41,021 nt of DNA. It comes from Candidatus Kuenenia stuttgartensis. GTDB lineage: Bacteria; Planctomycetota; Phycisphaerae; Phycisphaerales; SM1A02. Shown piece after piece: positions 11,018 to 21,339 of the stretch. The notes below the pieces were generated by a model that was not told the DNA's origin, made no database searches, and was given only the letters and a program-made list of their open reading frames with translations. Each line of letters starts with the position of its first letter. Position 1 is the stretch's first letter. Location of the stretch: NCBI GenBank assembly GCA_945870915.1, contig CAMBUI010000001.1, positions 1-41,021 on the forward strand. Direction: 5' to 3'. Made by a program: the position numbers and the translations under genes.

Positions 11018-12028
11018 TCAGCCGTTGACCAGACCTTCCGGAACCGGGTAGCCCAGGTGGAGTCCGAGCTTCTCGAGCTCCTCCTTGACCTCGCGGAGCG
11101 AGGTCTTGCCGAAGCTGCGCACCGAGAGCAGGTCGTCCTCGCTGCGCTGCACGAGCTCGCCGACCGTGCGGATCTTGGCGGTCTCGAGGCAGTTCGACGC
11201 GCGGACGCTGAGCTCGAGCTCGGAGACCGGCATGCGGAGCTTGCGGATGATCTCGTCGTCCTGCGCGTTCGAGTCGGCGACCTCGTCCGACACCATGGTG
11301 TCGCCGAGCTCGTCGAACTGGACGAACGGATTCAGGTGCTTGCGGAGGACCTTCGCGGCCTCGACGACGGCCATCTCGGGCGTCACGGTGCCGTTGGTCC
11401 AGACGTCCAGGATGAGCTTCTGGTAGTTCGTCTGCTGGCCGACGCGGGTGTCCTCGGTCGCGAAGCGCACGCGCTGCACGGGCGAGAAGATCGCATCGAT
11501 CGGGATCTCGCCGATCACCTGGTCGCCGCCCTTGGTGGCGTCCTTGGCGATCTGCTCGCTCGCGGGCATGTAGCCGCGGCCCTTCTCGACGGTGAACTCG
11601 ATGTCGAAGTCGATCTTGTCGGTCAGGGTCGCGATGACCTTGTCCGGGTTGATGATCTCGATCGACGCGTCGCACTCGATGAGCTCGGCGGTCACGTCGC
11701 CGGGACCCTCGGCCGAGAGCTTCATGGTGCGCGGACCATCGCCCTCCATCGCGACGACGATGCCCTTGATGTTCAGGATGATGTCGACGACGTCCTCGAG
11801 GACGCCGGGGATCGTCGAGAACTCGTGGGTCACGCCCTTGATCTTGATCTTGGTGATCGCGGCGCCCTCGATCGAGGAGAGCAGCACGCGACGCAGGCTG
11901 GTGCCGATGGTCGTGCCAAAGCCCGGCTCGAACGGCTCCGCGATGAAGCGGGAGAAGGTCTGCGAGCGGCTCTTGGGGTCGGTCTGGACATTCGCGGGAA
12001 GATCGAGCCCGCGCCAACGAAGATGCAT
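11018..12028 (-). CDS. rpoA: DNA-directed RNA polymerase subunit alpha
   Basis: 336-aa ORF. The N-terminal assembly domain and the alpha-CTD ([24 protein letters not shown]) are present. It occupies the canonical position before rplQ. Confidence 0.95.
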   Translation of the reverse strand: MHLRWRGLDLPANVQTDPKSRSQTFSRFIAEPFEPGFGTTIGTSLRRVLLSSIEGAAITKIKIKGVTHEFSTIPGVLEDVVDIILNIKGIVVAMEGDGPRTMKLSAEGPGDVTAELIECDASIEIINPDKVIATLTDKIDFDIEFTVEKGRGYMPASEQIAKDATKGGDQVIGEIPIDAIFSPVQRVRFATEDTRVGQQTNYQKLILDVWTNGTVTPEMAVVEAAKVLRKHLNPFVQFDELGDTMVSDEVADSNAQDDEIIRKLRMPVSELELSVRASNCLETAKIRTVGELVQRSEDDLLSVRSFGKTSLREVKEELEKLGLHLGYPVPEGLVNG

Positions 12029-12207
12029 CAGGAACTCCTAGTGCCCATTCAGGGCTCTCGACAGATCCGGGCTTCCGCCCTGTTCGTCACCGCTGCAGCT
12101 CGGATGACCACCGCTGTCGATCGGTGGGTGCCTTCTGTGCAACGGATCCACTGGAATCCGCTCGCCCGACCTTCGTCGGGCAAACGGGGAATCTCGAATC
12201 GGCTCTC

Positions 12208-12357
12208 GGCGCGGGCGAGTGCTTCGCCAAGCGCCTTCTCAGGACCACGCGAGTGCTTCGCGGGATCCGTGCAACCCACTCTCAGGATCCCGTGAGTACT
12301 TCGCGGGATCCGTGAGACCCAGGATCCCGCGAGTGCTTCGCGGGATCCGTGAGACTT
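12208..12357 (-). repeat. tandem hairpin repeat family A: three about 37-nt units plus one degenerate unit, each with an 11-bp stem
   Basis: Units lie at 12241-12277, 12284-12320 and 12321-12357, with a degenerate copy at about 12208-12240 (GGCGA-GTGCT-TCGCC). The core is GGATCCCGCGA-GTGCT-TCGCGGGATCC. The array begins on the rpsK stop codon. Confidence 0.85.
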
Positions 12358-12754
12358 AGACGCGGCGCTTCTTCGGCGGACGGCACCCGTTGAACGGGAT
12401 CGCCGTGTGGTCCTCGACCGCGGTCACGCGGAGGCCGTTCGCCTGGAGCGCGGTGATCGCGCTCTCGCGGCCCGGGCCCGGACCCTTCACGCGAACCTCG
12501 ACCTCCTTGAGGCCGACGCGCTTCGCCTTGCCCACGGCCTTCTCCGAGGCGCGGCTCGCCGCGAACGGAGTCGACTTGCGGGCGCCCTTGAAGCCGACGG
12601 TGCCGGCCGAGTCCCACGCGATGGTCTCGCCGTTCACATCGGTGATGGTGACGAGCGTGTTGTTGAACGTCGCGTTGACGTGGACGATGCCACGGAGCAC
12701 GTTCTTGCGAAGCTTCTTCTTGGGAGCAGATGATGCCGGGGTAGGCGTGTTCAT
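12356..12754 (-). CDS. rpsK: 30S ribosomal protein S11 (uS11)
   Basis: ORF-track 12356-12811, trimmed to the ATG at 12754 (MNTPTPASS..). It contains [18 protein letters not shown] and the conserved C-terminus [14 protein letters not shown]. Confidence 0.9.
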   Translation of the reverse strand: MNTPTPASSAPKKKLRKNVLRGIVHVNATFNNTLVTITDVNGETIAWDSAGTVGFKGARKSTPFAASRASEKAVGKAKRVGLKEVEVRVKGPGPGRESAITALQANGLRVTAVEDHTAIPFNGCRPPKKRRV

Positions 12755-12873
12755 TGGTGTATCTCGTGTTCTGTCGTTTCCACCCCGCGACCAGTACTTG
12801 GCCGCAGGCATGGGATTGGCGGGGAAGGCAGGATCTCACGCAGCGGCGAATGCATCGCCGCAGGCGCGGATCA

Positions 12874-13251
12874 TCAGCCCTTCACGCCCTTCTTGCCGGC
12901 GACCGTCTTCTTCTTGCCCTTGCGGGTGCGCGAGTTCGAGCGCGTGCGCTGGCCGTGCACCGGCAGGCTGCGACGGTGACGGTCACCGCGGTAGCTCTTG
13001 ATGTCCTTCAGGCGCTGGATGTCCTGCTGGATCTGGCGGCGGAGCGCGCCCTCGACGACGATCTTCGCGTCGATGATGCCCGCGATCTGCGCGATCTCCT
13101 GCTCCTTGAGGTCGTTGGTACGACGCTCCGGGTCGATGCCGACCTCGCGGAGGATGTCGAGCGCAACCTTCGGCCCGATGCCGAACACGTAGCGCAGCGA
13201 GACGCCAATCTTCTTCTTCTCAGGGATGTCGATACCAGCGATACGCGGCAT
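12874..13251 (-). CDS. rpsM: 30S ribosomal protein S13 (uS13)
   Basis: 125-aa ORF with MPRIAGIDIP and YRGDRHRRSLPVHGQRTRSNSRTRKG. Confidence 0.95.
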   Translation of the reverse strand: MPRIAGIDIPEKKKIGVSLRYVFGIGPKVALDILREVGIDPERRTNDLKEQEIAQIAGIIDAKIVVEGALRRQIQQDIQRLKDIKSYRGDRHRRSLPVHGQRTRSNSRTRKGKKKTVAGKKGVKG

Positions 13252-13410
13252 GTCAGGCTCCGGTCAGCGCTTGCAGGCTCGCTGCAGCGCTCCACACTTT
13301 GATGCGCCCCGCAGCGGTGTGCTGCACGGAGGCGCGGTTGATTCCGATGTCTCCACCCCGGTCGACCGACCGAGGGGGAAGGGGCGATTGTACCCAAATT
13401 CCCGTTGAAG

Positions 13411-13527
13411 TCAGCCCTGGCGCTGCTTCAGGCGAGGATTCTTCTTGTTGATGACCAGACGCTTGCCCTTGCGGACGACGATCTGGCAGTCACGGGTACG
13501 GCGCTTGATGCTCGAGCGAACCTTCAT
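13411..13527 (-). CDS. rpmJ: 50S ribosomal protein L36 (bL36), zinc-free (C-minus, YkgO-like) form
   Basis: This gene is too short for the ORF track, so I translated it by hand: [38 protein letters not shown] (38 aa). It sits in the canonical slot between infA and rpsM. Confidence 0.9.
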   Translation of the reverse strand: MKVRSSIKRRTRDCQIVVRKGKRLVINKKNPRLKQRQG

Positions 13528-13588
13528 GGTGGTCTCCTGTCTGCAGTTCTCTGACGCTTTGGTTTGGTTCTCGGTCGTAGGTACCAGC

Positions 13589-13804
13589 TCAGTAGCGGTA
13601 GACGATGCGGCCCTTGGTCATGTCGTAGGGGCTCATCTCGACGGTCACGCGGTCGCCCGGAAGGATGCGGATGAAGAACTTCCTCATCTTGCCGCTCACG
13701 TAGGCGATGATCTCCTGGTCGTTCTGAAGACGAACCTTGAACATCGCGTCGGGGAGCGCCTCGGTGACCTCGGCGTCGAGGGTGATCTTGTCTTCCTTGG
13801 CCAT
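13589..13804 (-). CDS. infA: translation initiation factor IF-1
   Basis: ORF-track 13589-13930, trimmed to the ATG at 13804. The product is [26 protein letters not shown]...[34 protein letters not shown] (71 aa). Confidence 0.95.
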   Translation of the reverse strand: MAKEDKITLDAEVTEALPDAMFKVRLQNDQEIIAYVSGKMRKFFIRILPGDRVTVEMSPYDMTKGRIVYRY

Positions 13805-13877
13805 CTGTGCTGGGAGCCTTCGTTCGGGATTCGGTTCTCTGGTCTGGGTGCGTAGGTGGGTTGTTTCGTGCGATGTG

Positions 13878-14852
13878 TCAGCCGGCGCGGCGGACCGGCG
13901 GTGCGGTGGCGGCGTCCGCGACCGATCCACGCGGCGCGGAGACGGTCAGGATCTCGGCGCCATCGCGGGTCACGGCGACGGTGTGCTCGACATGGCAGCT
14001 GCGGGCGCCGGAGTTCAGCACCACCGTCCAGCCGTCGGCCGCGAGCGTGACCTCGGGGTTCTGCAGTTCGCCGCGGTCGTTGCGCCGCGCGCGCTCGACC
14101 ACGATCATGGGCTCGATCGCCAGCACCATCCCGGGGCGCAGCGTGAAGTCGCCACCCTCGAGGAACGATGCGTACACGCTGCACGGCACCTGCGGCGGCT
14201 CGTGCAGTTCGCGGCCGATGCCGTGGCCGACGAAGTCGACCGCGACCGTGAAGCCGCTGGCCACCGCGATCTGCTCCATCTCGGCGGCGACCTGGCTCCA
14301 ACGCAGTCCGGGACGGGCCGCGCGCACGGCGTGGGCGAGCATCCGCTCGGCACAGGCAACGAGCGCGAGCGCTTCCTCACCGACCTCGCCGACACAGACG
14401 GTGACCGCGCTGTCCGCGCACCAGCCGTCGAGCCGGGCGCCGGCATCGATCGAGACGATGTCGCCGTCGCGGATCACCCGTCCGCCGGGAATGCCATGCA
14501 CGAGCTCCTCGTTCACCGAGATGCAGCTCGCAGCGGGATACGCAGGACGCTCGGCGCCGCCAGCGCTCCCGCGGTACCCGCGGAACAGCGCCTCGCCGCC
14601 GGCTCCGATGATCACCGCGTCGATCGCGGCATCGATGTCGCGCGTTCGCGCTCCGGCCACGCAGGCGGCGCGACCGGCCTCGAGCGCGAGCGCGACCAGC
14701 TCCCCTGCCCTGCGGATGCCGGCCACATCGTCGGTCGAGCGGAGGGCGAGCGGAGCGCGTGGCGAAACCGCGGTCCCTCCGTTCAAGACTCGGGAGGCAC
14801 CGCGGTGGTTGCGCGCCTGGCGCGCGGGGGCGATGGTGGCGCCACCTGTCAT
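13878..14852 (-). CDS. map: type I methionine aminopeptidase
   Basis: The ORF contains [25 protein letters not shown] and [10 protein letters not shown]. The start is placed at ATG 14852, one nt after the secY stop. The TTG at about 14786 and the ATG at 14891 are alternatives. Confidence 0.85.
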   Translation of the reverse strand: MTGGATIAPARQARNHRGASRVLNGGTAVSPRAPLALRSTDDVAGIRRAGELVALALEAGRAACVAGARTRDIDAAIDAVIIGAGGEALFRGYRGSAGGAERPAYPAASCISVNEELVHGIPGGRVIRDGDIVSIDAGARLDGWCADSAVTVCVGEVGEEALALVACAERMLAHAVRAARPGLRWSQVAAEMEQIAVASGFTVAVDFVGHGIGRELHEPPQVPCSVYASFLEGGDFTLRPGMVLAIEPMIVVERARRNDRGELQNPEVTLAADGWTVVLNSGARSCHVEHTVAVTRDGAEILTVSAPRGSVADAATAPPVRRAG

Positions 14853-14853
14853 G

Positions 14854-16269
<1,416 letters not shown>

Positions 16270-16373
16270 CAGGGACTCGGATATTCAGGTTCGGAGCGAA
16301 GCCACGAGCATCGAACTACCCATACTCCGGGCCAACATTTCAGCCGCATCGGGCGGACGGACGACGTGTGCGG

Positions 16374-16412
16374 TCACTTCCTGCCGTTCACTGCCTGCCG
16401 CTCACTTCTTGG
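16374..16412 (-). repeat. imperfect 13-14-nt tandem duplication (about 2.5 copies) that includes the rplO stop-codon context
   Basis: The plus strand reads tcacttcctgccg / ttcactgcctgccg / ctcacttcttgg. On the mRNA this gives AAGTGA-type segments that place a TGA in all three frames within about 30 nt. Confidence 0.6.
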
Positions 16413-16857
16413 TGGGCTCGGAGCACGAGCCGCCGGCGGCCTCGATCTTCGACTTCGCGGTCGCGCTGAACGCGGCGGCGACGACGGTGAGCTTCTTCTT
16501 GAGGTCGCCGGTGCCGAGCACCTTGAGACCGAGCTTGGCGTTCGGGATGAGGCCGAGCTTGACCAGCGTGTCGATGTCGACCGTGGCGCCGGACTCGAAG
16601 TTCTTGTCGAGATCGCGCACGTTGATCACGTAGTACTCGGTGCGGAAGCCCGCATTCGAGAAGCCACGCTTCGGGAAGCGGCGCGCGAACGGCGTCGCAC
16701 CGCCGGCGTAGGCCGGACGGCTGTTCCAACCCGCGCGGCTCTTGGCGCCCTTGTGGCCGCGACCGGAGGTGCCGCCCTTGCCGCTGCCCTCGCCGCGACC
16801 AAGGCGCTTGATCTTCTTATGCGGGCCGACCTTGGCGGTGATGTCGTGGATCATCAT
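16402..16857 (-). CDS. rplO: 50S ribosomal protein L15 (uL15)
   Basis: 151-aa ORF with GRGEGSGKGGTSGRGHKGAKSR. It lies between rpsE and secY. Confidence 0.9.
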   Translation of the reverse strand: MMIHDITAKVGPHKKIKRLGRGEGSGKGGTSGRGHKGAKSRAGWNSRPAYAGGATPFARRFPKRGFSNAGFRTEYYVINVRDLDKNFESGATVDIDTLVKLGLIPNAKLGLKVLGTGDLKKKLTVVAAAFSATAKSKIEAAGGSCSEPTKK

Positions 16858-16989
16858 GACTGGAGCTCTCCAGAACGGCGGATGGGTCCGCCGGAAGCAC
16901 TTCGTTGTGTATCGATCTCTGTCGTTCCGCGGGGGCCGTTCGGGTGAACTTCCGCCGCAACCTACGCAATCACTGATTCGAGGCGGTCA

Positions 16990-17775
16990 TCAGCCGGCCG
17001 CCGGGGCGTCCGCAGCGGGCGCGGCCGGAGCCGCAGCAGCCGGGGCCTCGCCCCCGCCACCACCGCCGCCGCCACCACCACCGCCGTAACCGCCGCCACC
17101 GCCGCCGTATCCGCCGCCACCACCGCCGCCGAAGCCGCCGCGACCGCGGCCACCGCCACGGGGTCCGCCGCGGCCACCACGGCGATTCTCATCGCCGACG
17201 GTGTTCTTCGGAGCGGCCATCTTCTCGCCGCCCTTGTTCTGCGGCATGAAGGCCATTCCGCGCTTGATCGCCTCCTCGACGGCCGTCTCGGGGAGCTCGA
17301 CGCCGCGAAGCGCCGAGACCTGCTGGCGCGAGCGGAGGGTGCCGAGGGCATCCATGGTCGCCTTGACGACGTTCTTCGGGTTGCTGGAGCCGTAGACCTT
17401 GGTCAGGCAGTCCTGCACGCCGATCATCTCGAGGACGGCGCGGACCGCGGCACCCGCGATGACGCCGGTACCGGGAGCGGCGGGCATGAGCTTCACGGTC
17501 GTCGCGCCGAAGCGGCCGATGACCATGTGCGGGATCGTCTTGGCCTGCATCTGGAAGGCGTTCATCTTGCGACGGCCTTCCTTCTGCGCCTTCTCGATCG
17601 CCTGGGGCACCTGGTTCGACTTCGCGTAGCCGACGCCGGCGCGACCGTGACGGTCGCCGACGACGACCATCGCCGAGAAGCTGAAGCGGCGACCGCCTGC
17701 GACGGTCGACGAGGTGCGGTAGACGCCGACGGTCGTCGACTCGATGGATGAGGTTTCGTCGATGATCTCTGCCAT
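16990..17775 (-). CDS. rpsE: 30S ribosomal protein S5 (uS5) with about 90-aa RGG/Gly-Tyr low-complexity C-terminal extension
   Basis: 261-aa ORF. The S5 core has GRRFSFSAMVVVGDRHGRAGVGYAKS and GTGVIAGAAVRAVLE. The tail is RRGGRGGPRGGGRGRGGFGGGGGGGYGGGGGGYGGGGGGGGGGGGEAPAAAAPAAPAADAPAAG. Confidence 0.9.
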   Translation of the reverse strand: MAEIIDETSSIESTTVGVYRTSSTVAGGRRFSFSAMVVVGDRHGRAGVGYAKSNQVPQAIEKAQKEGRRKMNAFQMQAKTIPHMVIGRFGATTVKLMPAAPGTGVIAGAAVRAVLEMIGVQDCLTKVYGSSNPKNVVKATMDALGTLRSRQQVSALRGVELPETAVEEAIKRGMAFMPQNKGGEKMAAPKNTVGDENRRGGRGGPRGGGRGRGGFGGGGGGGYGGGGGGYGGGGGGGGGGGGEAPAAAAPAAPAADAPAAG

Positions 17776-17846
17776 AGTGAAGCCTGTCTTCAGTCGGTCA
17801 TGCCGCTCAGCGCGACGGACCGCGTGTCAAATCGATCTGAACTCAA

Positions 17847-18206
17847 TCAGAACTGGAGTCCGCCCTCGCGCGCGCCGTCGGCGAGCGCCTTGATGCGGCC
17901 GTGATAGAGGTACCCGTTGCGGTCGAAGACGACCTTCGAGACGCCCTTCTCCTTCGCGCGCTGGGCGACGAGCTTGCCCACGGCGGTCGCCTCGGACATC
18001 TTGACGCCCTTCTCGGCGAAGCCCTTGTCGCGCGTCGATGCCGACGCGAGGGTCTTGCCGGTGAGGTCGTCGATGACCTGCGCGTACACGTGGTTGAGCG
18101 AGCGGAACACGGAGAGACGCGGACGGTCGGGGAGACCGAGGATCTCCTTGCGGATGCCCTGCTTGCGGCGGGCTCGACGGACGCGCTTGATGGTCGTGCG
18201 GTTCAT
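17847..18206 (-). CDS. rplR: 50S ribosomal protein L18 (uL18)
   Basis: 119-aa ORF with the N-terminus [13 protein letters not shown], then YAQVIDD and the C-terminus [26 protein letters not shown]. Confidence 0.9.
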   Translation of the reverse strand: MNRTTIKRVRRARRKQGIRKEILGLPDRPRLSVFRSLNHVYAQVIDDLTGKTLASASTRDKGFAEKGVKMSEATAVGKLVAQRAKEKGVSKVVFDRNGYLYHGRIKALADGAREGGLQF

Positions 18207-18302
18207 GTGGTGCTGCCTTCTGTCCTGATGCTGGCGTTTGCTGGCCCGATGCGGGTTCCTCAGGCTGCGGCGAGCGACTCGCCGCGGCCACGGGTCCCTT
18301 CA

Positions 18303-18872
18303 TCAGCCGCCGGTTGCCTTGCCCTGCTTGCGGATGATGGTCTCGCCGGCGTACTTGATGCCCTTGCCGTTGTACGGCTCCGGCTTGCGCTGCGAGCGGA
18401 TCGCGGCGGCGAACTCGCCGACGCGCTGGCGGTCGGCGCCGCTGATCGTCACGAAGATGCCGCCTTCGGTCGCGATGTCGACCTTGACGCCCTGGGGGAT
18501 CGCGAGCGAGATCACGTTGGCGTAGCCCAGCTTGAGATCGAGGTTCTTGCCCACGACCTTCACCGAGTAGCCGACGCCGATGACCTCGAGCTTCTCCGAG
18601 TACCCGTCGGTGACGCCCTTGATGCAGTTGTTGATGTTGGCGCGGGTCGTGCCCCAGAAGGCCTTGCGGTTGCCTTCCTCGAGCTTGGCCATGTCGGTCG
18701 AGACCACGATGTGGCGGTCCTTCTCGTTCCAGGCGACCGAGACCTCGGGGCGGTACGCGACCTTGAGGGTCTCGCCCTTGGGGCCGGTGATGGCGACTTC
18801 GCGGGTATTGGCGTTCACGGCGACCTTGCAGTTGCCGGGGACGAGGATGGGCTTCTTACCGATGCGCGACAT
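18303..18872 (-). CDS. rplF: 50S ribosomal protein L6 (uL6)
   Basis: ORF-track 18303-19256, trimmed to the ATG at 18872 (MSRIGKKPILVP...). The product is 189 aa and ends KPEPYNGKGIKYAGETIIRKQGK. Confidence 0.9.
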   Translation of the reverse strand: MSRIGKKPILVPGNCKVAVNANTREVAITGPKGETLKVAYRPEVSVAWNEKDRHIVVSTDMAKLEEGNRKAFWGTTRANINNCIKGVTDGYSEKLEVIGVGYSVKVVGKNLDLKLGYANVISLAIPQGVKVDIATEGGIFVTISGADRQRVGEFAAAIRSQRKPEPYNGKGIKYAGETIIRKQGKATGG

Positions 18873-18893
18873 GGTTGACTCCTGTCGGACTTG

Positions 18894-18917
18894 CTTCTTC
18901 TCAGGCTTCTTCTCAGG
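18894..18917 (-). repeat. perfect 12-nt tandem duplication (cttcttctcagg x2) in the rpsH-rplF spacer
   Basis: Read directly from the sequence at 18894-18905 and 18906-18917. It lies about 20 nt upstream of the rplF start on the mRNA. Confidence 0.7.
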
Positions 18918-19006
18918 GCCCCGTTCGGCGGACCCGGCGACGATTTCGCCGGATACGACTCGCGGGGCCGACTCACTTGCGGCTCGCGGACGTGCTGGGC
19001 GGATGC

Positions 19007-19405
19007 TCAGCAGACGGTCGCGACCACTTCGCCGCCGACGCGCATCTCGCGCGCCTTGCGGTCGGACATGATTCCACGGCTCGTGGAGACGATCGAGATG
19101 CCGAGGCCCTGCAGCGGGCGCGGCAGCTCGCCGACGGCCGAGTAGGTGCGGCAACCCGACTTCGAGACGCGGCGGATCTCGTTGATGATGATCTCGCCAC
19201 GGGCGCCGTACTTCAGGCCGATGCGGATGATGCCCTGGCGGCCATCCGCGATGCACTCGAAGTCGTTGATGTAGCCCTCGTCCTTGAGGACGCCGGCGAC
19301 GCCGCGGTTGAGCTTGTTGCTGATCACGACGACGGACTTCTCGCGGTTCCGCACGGCGTTGCGGATTCGGGTGAGCATGTCGGCGGTGAGGTCTTGAACG
19401 GACAT
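19007..19405 (-). CDS. rpsH: 30S ribosomal protein S8 (uS8)
   Basis: 132-aa ORF with DLTADMLTRIRNA and GGEVVATVC at the C-terminus. Confidence 0.95.
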   Translation of the reverse strand: MSVQDLTADMLTRIRNAVRNREKSVVVISNKLNRGVAGVLKDEGYINDFECIADGRQGIIRIGLKYGARGEIIINEIRRVSKSGCRTYSAVGELPRPLQGLGISIVSTSRGIMSDRKAREMRVGGEVVATVC

Positions 19406-19543
19406 TTCTTTGGCTCCTGTCCCTCGCGGCGTTCCGCGGGGCGGGTCGATCGATTCGGTTCGTGTGGTTTCGGCTCCCCTGCCTCGGATGGCCGCACTCG
19501 GGTCACCGAGTCCGACGCACCGGGCTGGGTCACCGTGCTCGGT

Positions 19544-19729
19544 TCACCAGCTGGCCTTGCGCATGCCGGGGATCATGCCCTGGAGCGCGAGCTCGCGGAG
19601 CATGTGGCGGCAGATGCGGAACTTGCGGTACACGCCGCGCTTGCGGCCCGTGATCTCGCAACGCACCTCGCTGCGGGTGCTGAACTTCGGCTTGCGCTTC
19701 ATCTTGTTGAAGGTACGCGTGCTGGCCAT
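19544..19729 (-). CDS. rpsN: 30S ribosomal protein S14 (uS14), short 61-aa form with degenerate zinc knuckle
   Basis: The product is [61 protein letters not shown]. This is the short Z-type length, but only 2 of the 4 canonical Cys residues remain. Confidence 0.9.
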   Translation of the reverse strand: MASTRTFNKMKRKPKFSTRSEVRCEITGRKRGVYRKFRICRHMLRELALQGMIPGMRKASW

Positions 19730-19830
19730 GTGGTTTGATCCGTGCTTTCTGGTGCTGTCTCAGCATCGGGGGGTACTTCGCCGATGCGGTGATTCGCTTG
19801 CGCCGGGAGGTACTCCCCCGGCGTGGTTGT

Positions 19831-20430
19831 TCACGCCTTCTTCGCCTTGCGCTCCTCGGGCTTCACGAACGGCATTCCGAGCTCCGCGAGGACGAAGCGG
19901 CTCATCTTCGGATTCGAGTTCTCGAACACGAAGGTGATGTGCATGCCGTGGGTGATGGTGGCGTTGGCCATGTTGATCTCAGGCCACACGGCCTGCTCGG
20001 TGAGGCCCATCGAGTAGGAGCCGCCCTTGTCGAAGGAACGGTCCTTGACGCCGCGGAAGTCCTTGATACGCGGGATCGCCAGGTTGATCAGGCGGTCCAT
20101 GAAGTGCCACATGTGGTCGCGGCGCAGGGTGACCATGAACGCGGAGGGCATGCCCTCGCGGACGCGGAACTGCGCGACGGCCTTCTTGGCCTTCAGCATG
20201 ATGGGCTTCTGGCCGGTGATGGTCGCGAAGTTGTTGATGAACTGGTCGCGGACCTCGGGCTTCAGCTTGGCGTTGTCGAGGTACTTGCCGATGCCGGCGT
20301 TCACGACGATCTTCGTGAGGCGCGGCAGCTGGTGGACGTTGTCGAGACCGAACTCAGCGAGCGCCTTCGGACCGACGGTGTCGATGTAGGCCTGCTGGAG
20401 TCGGGGGTACTTGCGGGTGACGTGTGCCAT
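19831..20430 (-). CDS. rplE: 50S ribosomal protein L5 (uL5)
   Basis: 199-aa ORF with PRLTKIVVNAGIG and FRGVKDRSFDKGGSYSMGLTEQ. Confidence 0.95.
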   Translation of the reverse strand: MAHVTRKYPRLQQAYIDTVGPKALAEFGLDNVHQLPRLTKIVVNAGIGKYLDNAKLKPEVRDQFINNFATITGQKPIMLKAKKAVAQFRVREGMPSAFMVTLRRDHMWHFMDRLINLAIPRIKDFRGVKDRSFDKGGSYSMGLTEQAVWPEINMANATITHGMHITFVFENSNPKMSRFVLAELGMPFVKPEERKAKKA

Positions 20431-20556
20431 GGATCGGTGCTTTCTGCTGTGTCGCGGGGACCGCGACCTTGGCTCGTTCTTGCCGGCTGTCTCTCGGATC
20501 CGGCGTCGTTGCCGACGCTGCGGAACCGACTGGTGCTCGCGGGCGCTGGCCCGCGA

Positions 20557-20898
20557 TTACTTCTTCGTCTTGCGGGGGCCGTGGAGCACGTGGAGCTCCT
20601 TGCCGCCGCGGGCCGCGACGCGGACCTTGGAGCCGTCGGGCTTGGTCACGAAGCGCACGCGCGACGCCTTGCCGTCGACGACGGGGCTGACGTTCGAGGC
20701 GTGGATCGGACCCTCCTCCTTGAGGATGGTGCCCTGCGGGCGCGACTGGGTCGGCTTCACGTGCTTGGTCTGGATGTTGACACCCTTGACCACCACGCGG
20801 TCGCCTTCGTCGACGATGCGGAGGATCTCGCCCACGACGCCCTTCGAGGCGCCGCGGGTCACGATGACGGTGTCACCCTTGCGAATGTGGCGTGGCAT
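20557..20898 (-). CDS. rplX: 50S ribosomal protein L24 (uL24)
   Basis: ORF-track 20557-21327, trimmed to the ATG at 20898, two nt after the rplN stop. The KOW motif KGDTVIVTRGASKG is present. The product is 113 aa. Confidence 0.9.
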   Translation of the reverse strand: MPRHIRKGDTVIVTRGASKGVVGEILRIVDEGDRVVVKGVNIQTKHVKPTQSRPQGTILKEEGPIHASNVSPVVDGKASRVRFVTKPDGSKVRVAARGGKELHVLHGPRKTKK

Positions 20899-20900
20899 GA

Positions 20901-21287
20901 TTAGATGACCTCCGTCGCGAGCGACACGATCTTCATGAAGTTCTTCTCGCGGAGCTCGCGGGCGACGGCGCCGAAGATGCGGGTGCCCTTCGGGTTGCCG
21001 TCCTTGTCGACGAGCACGCAGGCGTTCGAGTCGAAGCGCACGTACGAGCCGTCGTCGCGGCGGGTCGGGAACTTGCAGCGGACGATGACGGCCTGGACCT
21101 TGTCGCCGGCCTTCACGTCGCCGTTCGGCAGCGCCTTCTTGACGGTGCAGACCACGCGGTCGCCGATGCCCATCGTGAGACGGGTGAAGCGGCCGGTGGC
21201 GGTCGAGGATCCGAGGACGCCGATCACCATGGCTTCCTTCGCGCCGCTGTTGTCGGCGACCTCGAGTCGTGATTCCTTCTGGATCAT
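20901..21287 (-). CDS. rplN: 50S ribosomal protein L14 (uL14)
   Basis: ORF-track 20901-21323, trimmed to the ATG at 21287 ([17 protein letters not shown]). The C-terminus is [25 protein letters not shown]. Confidence 0.9.
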   Translation of the reverse strand: MIQKESRLEVADNSGAKEAMVIGVLGSSTATGRFTRLTMGIGDRVVCTVKKALPNGDVKAGDKVQAVIVRCKFPTRRDDGSYVRFDSNACVLVDKDGNPKGTRIFGAVARELREKNFMKIVSLATEVI

Positions 21288-21339
21288 TGCTTGGCTCCAT
21301 CGCCGGATTGGTCCGGCGTTCATTCACAGTTGACGTTGA

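Noticed and set aside
12049-12315. Small ORFs (76 aa on the - strand, 63 aa on the + strand) spanning the rpsK-rpoA spacer. I considered a possible rpsD remnant or a novel small gene.
   Set aside because: The translations show no S4-like sequence, the region is far too short for rpsD, and the ORFs run through the tandem hairpin repeats. The region is best read as non-coding repeat DNA.
12208-12357. A possible CRISPR array, given the regularly spaced palindromic repeats. The same question applies to 23920-23997 and 26932-26996.
   Set aside because: The units are directly adjacent or separated by only 6 nt, so there are no unique spacers of 25-40 nt. There are only 2-5 copies and no cas genes, and all arrays lie inside ribosomal operons.
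12755-12811. N-terminal extensions suggested by the ORF track for rpsK. The same applies to rplN 21288-21323, rpsJ 27340-27501, infA 13805-13930, rplF 18873-19256, rplX 20899-21327, rpmC 21878-21910 and plsY 39709-39732.
   Set aside because: The extensions are non-conserved Arg/Pro-rich sequence that would overlap the upstream genes or spacers. Internal ATGs give proteins of canonical length that begin with the conserved family N-termini.
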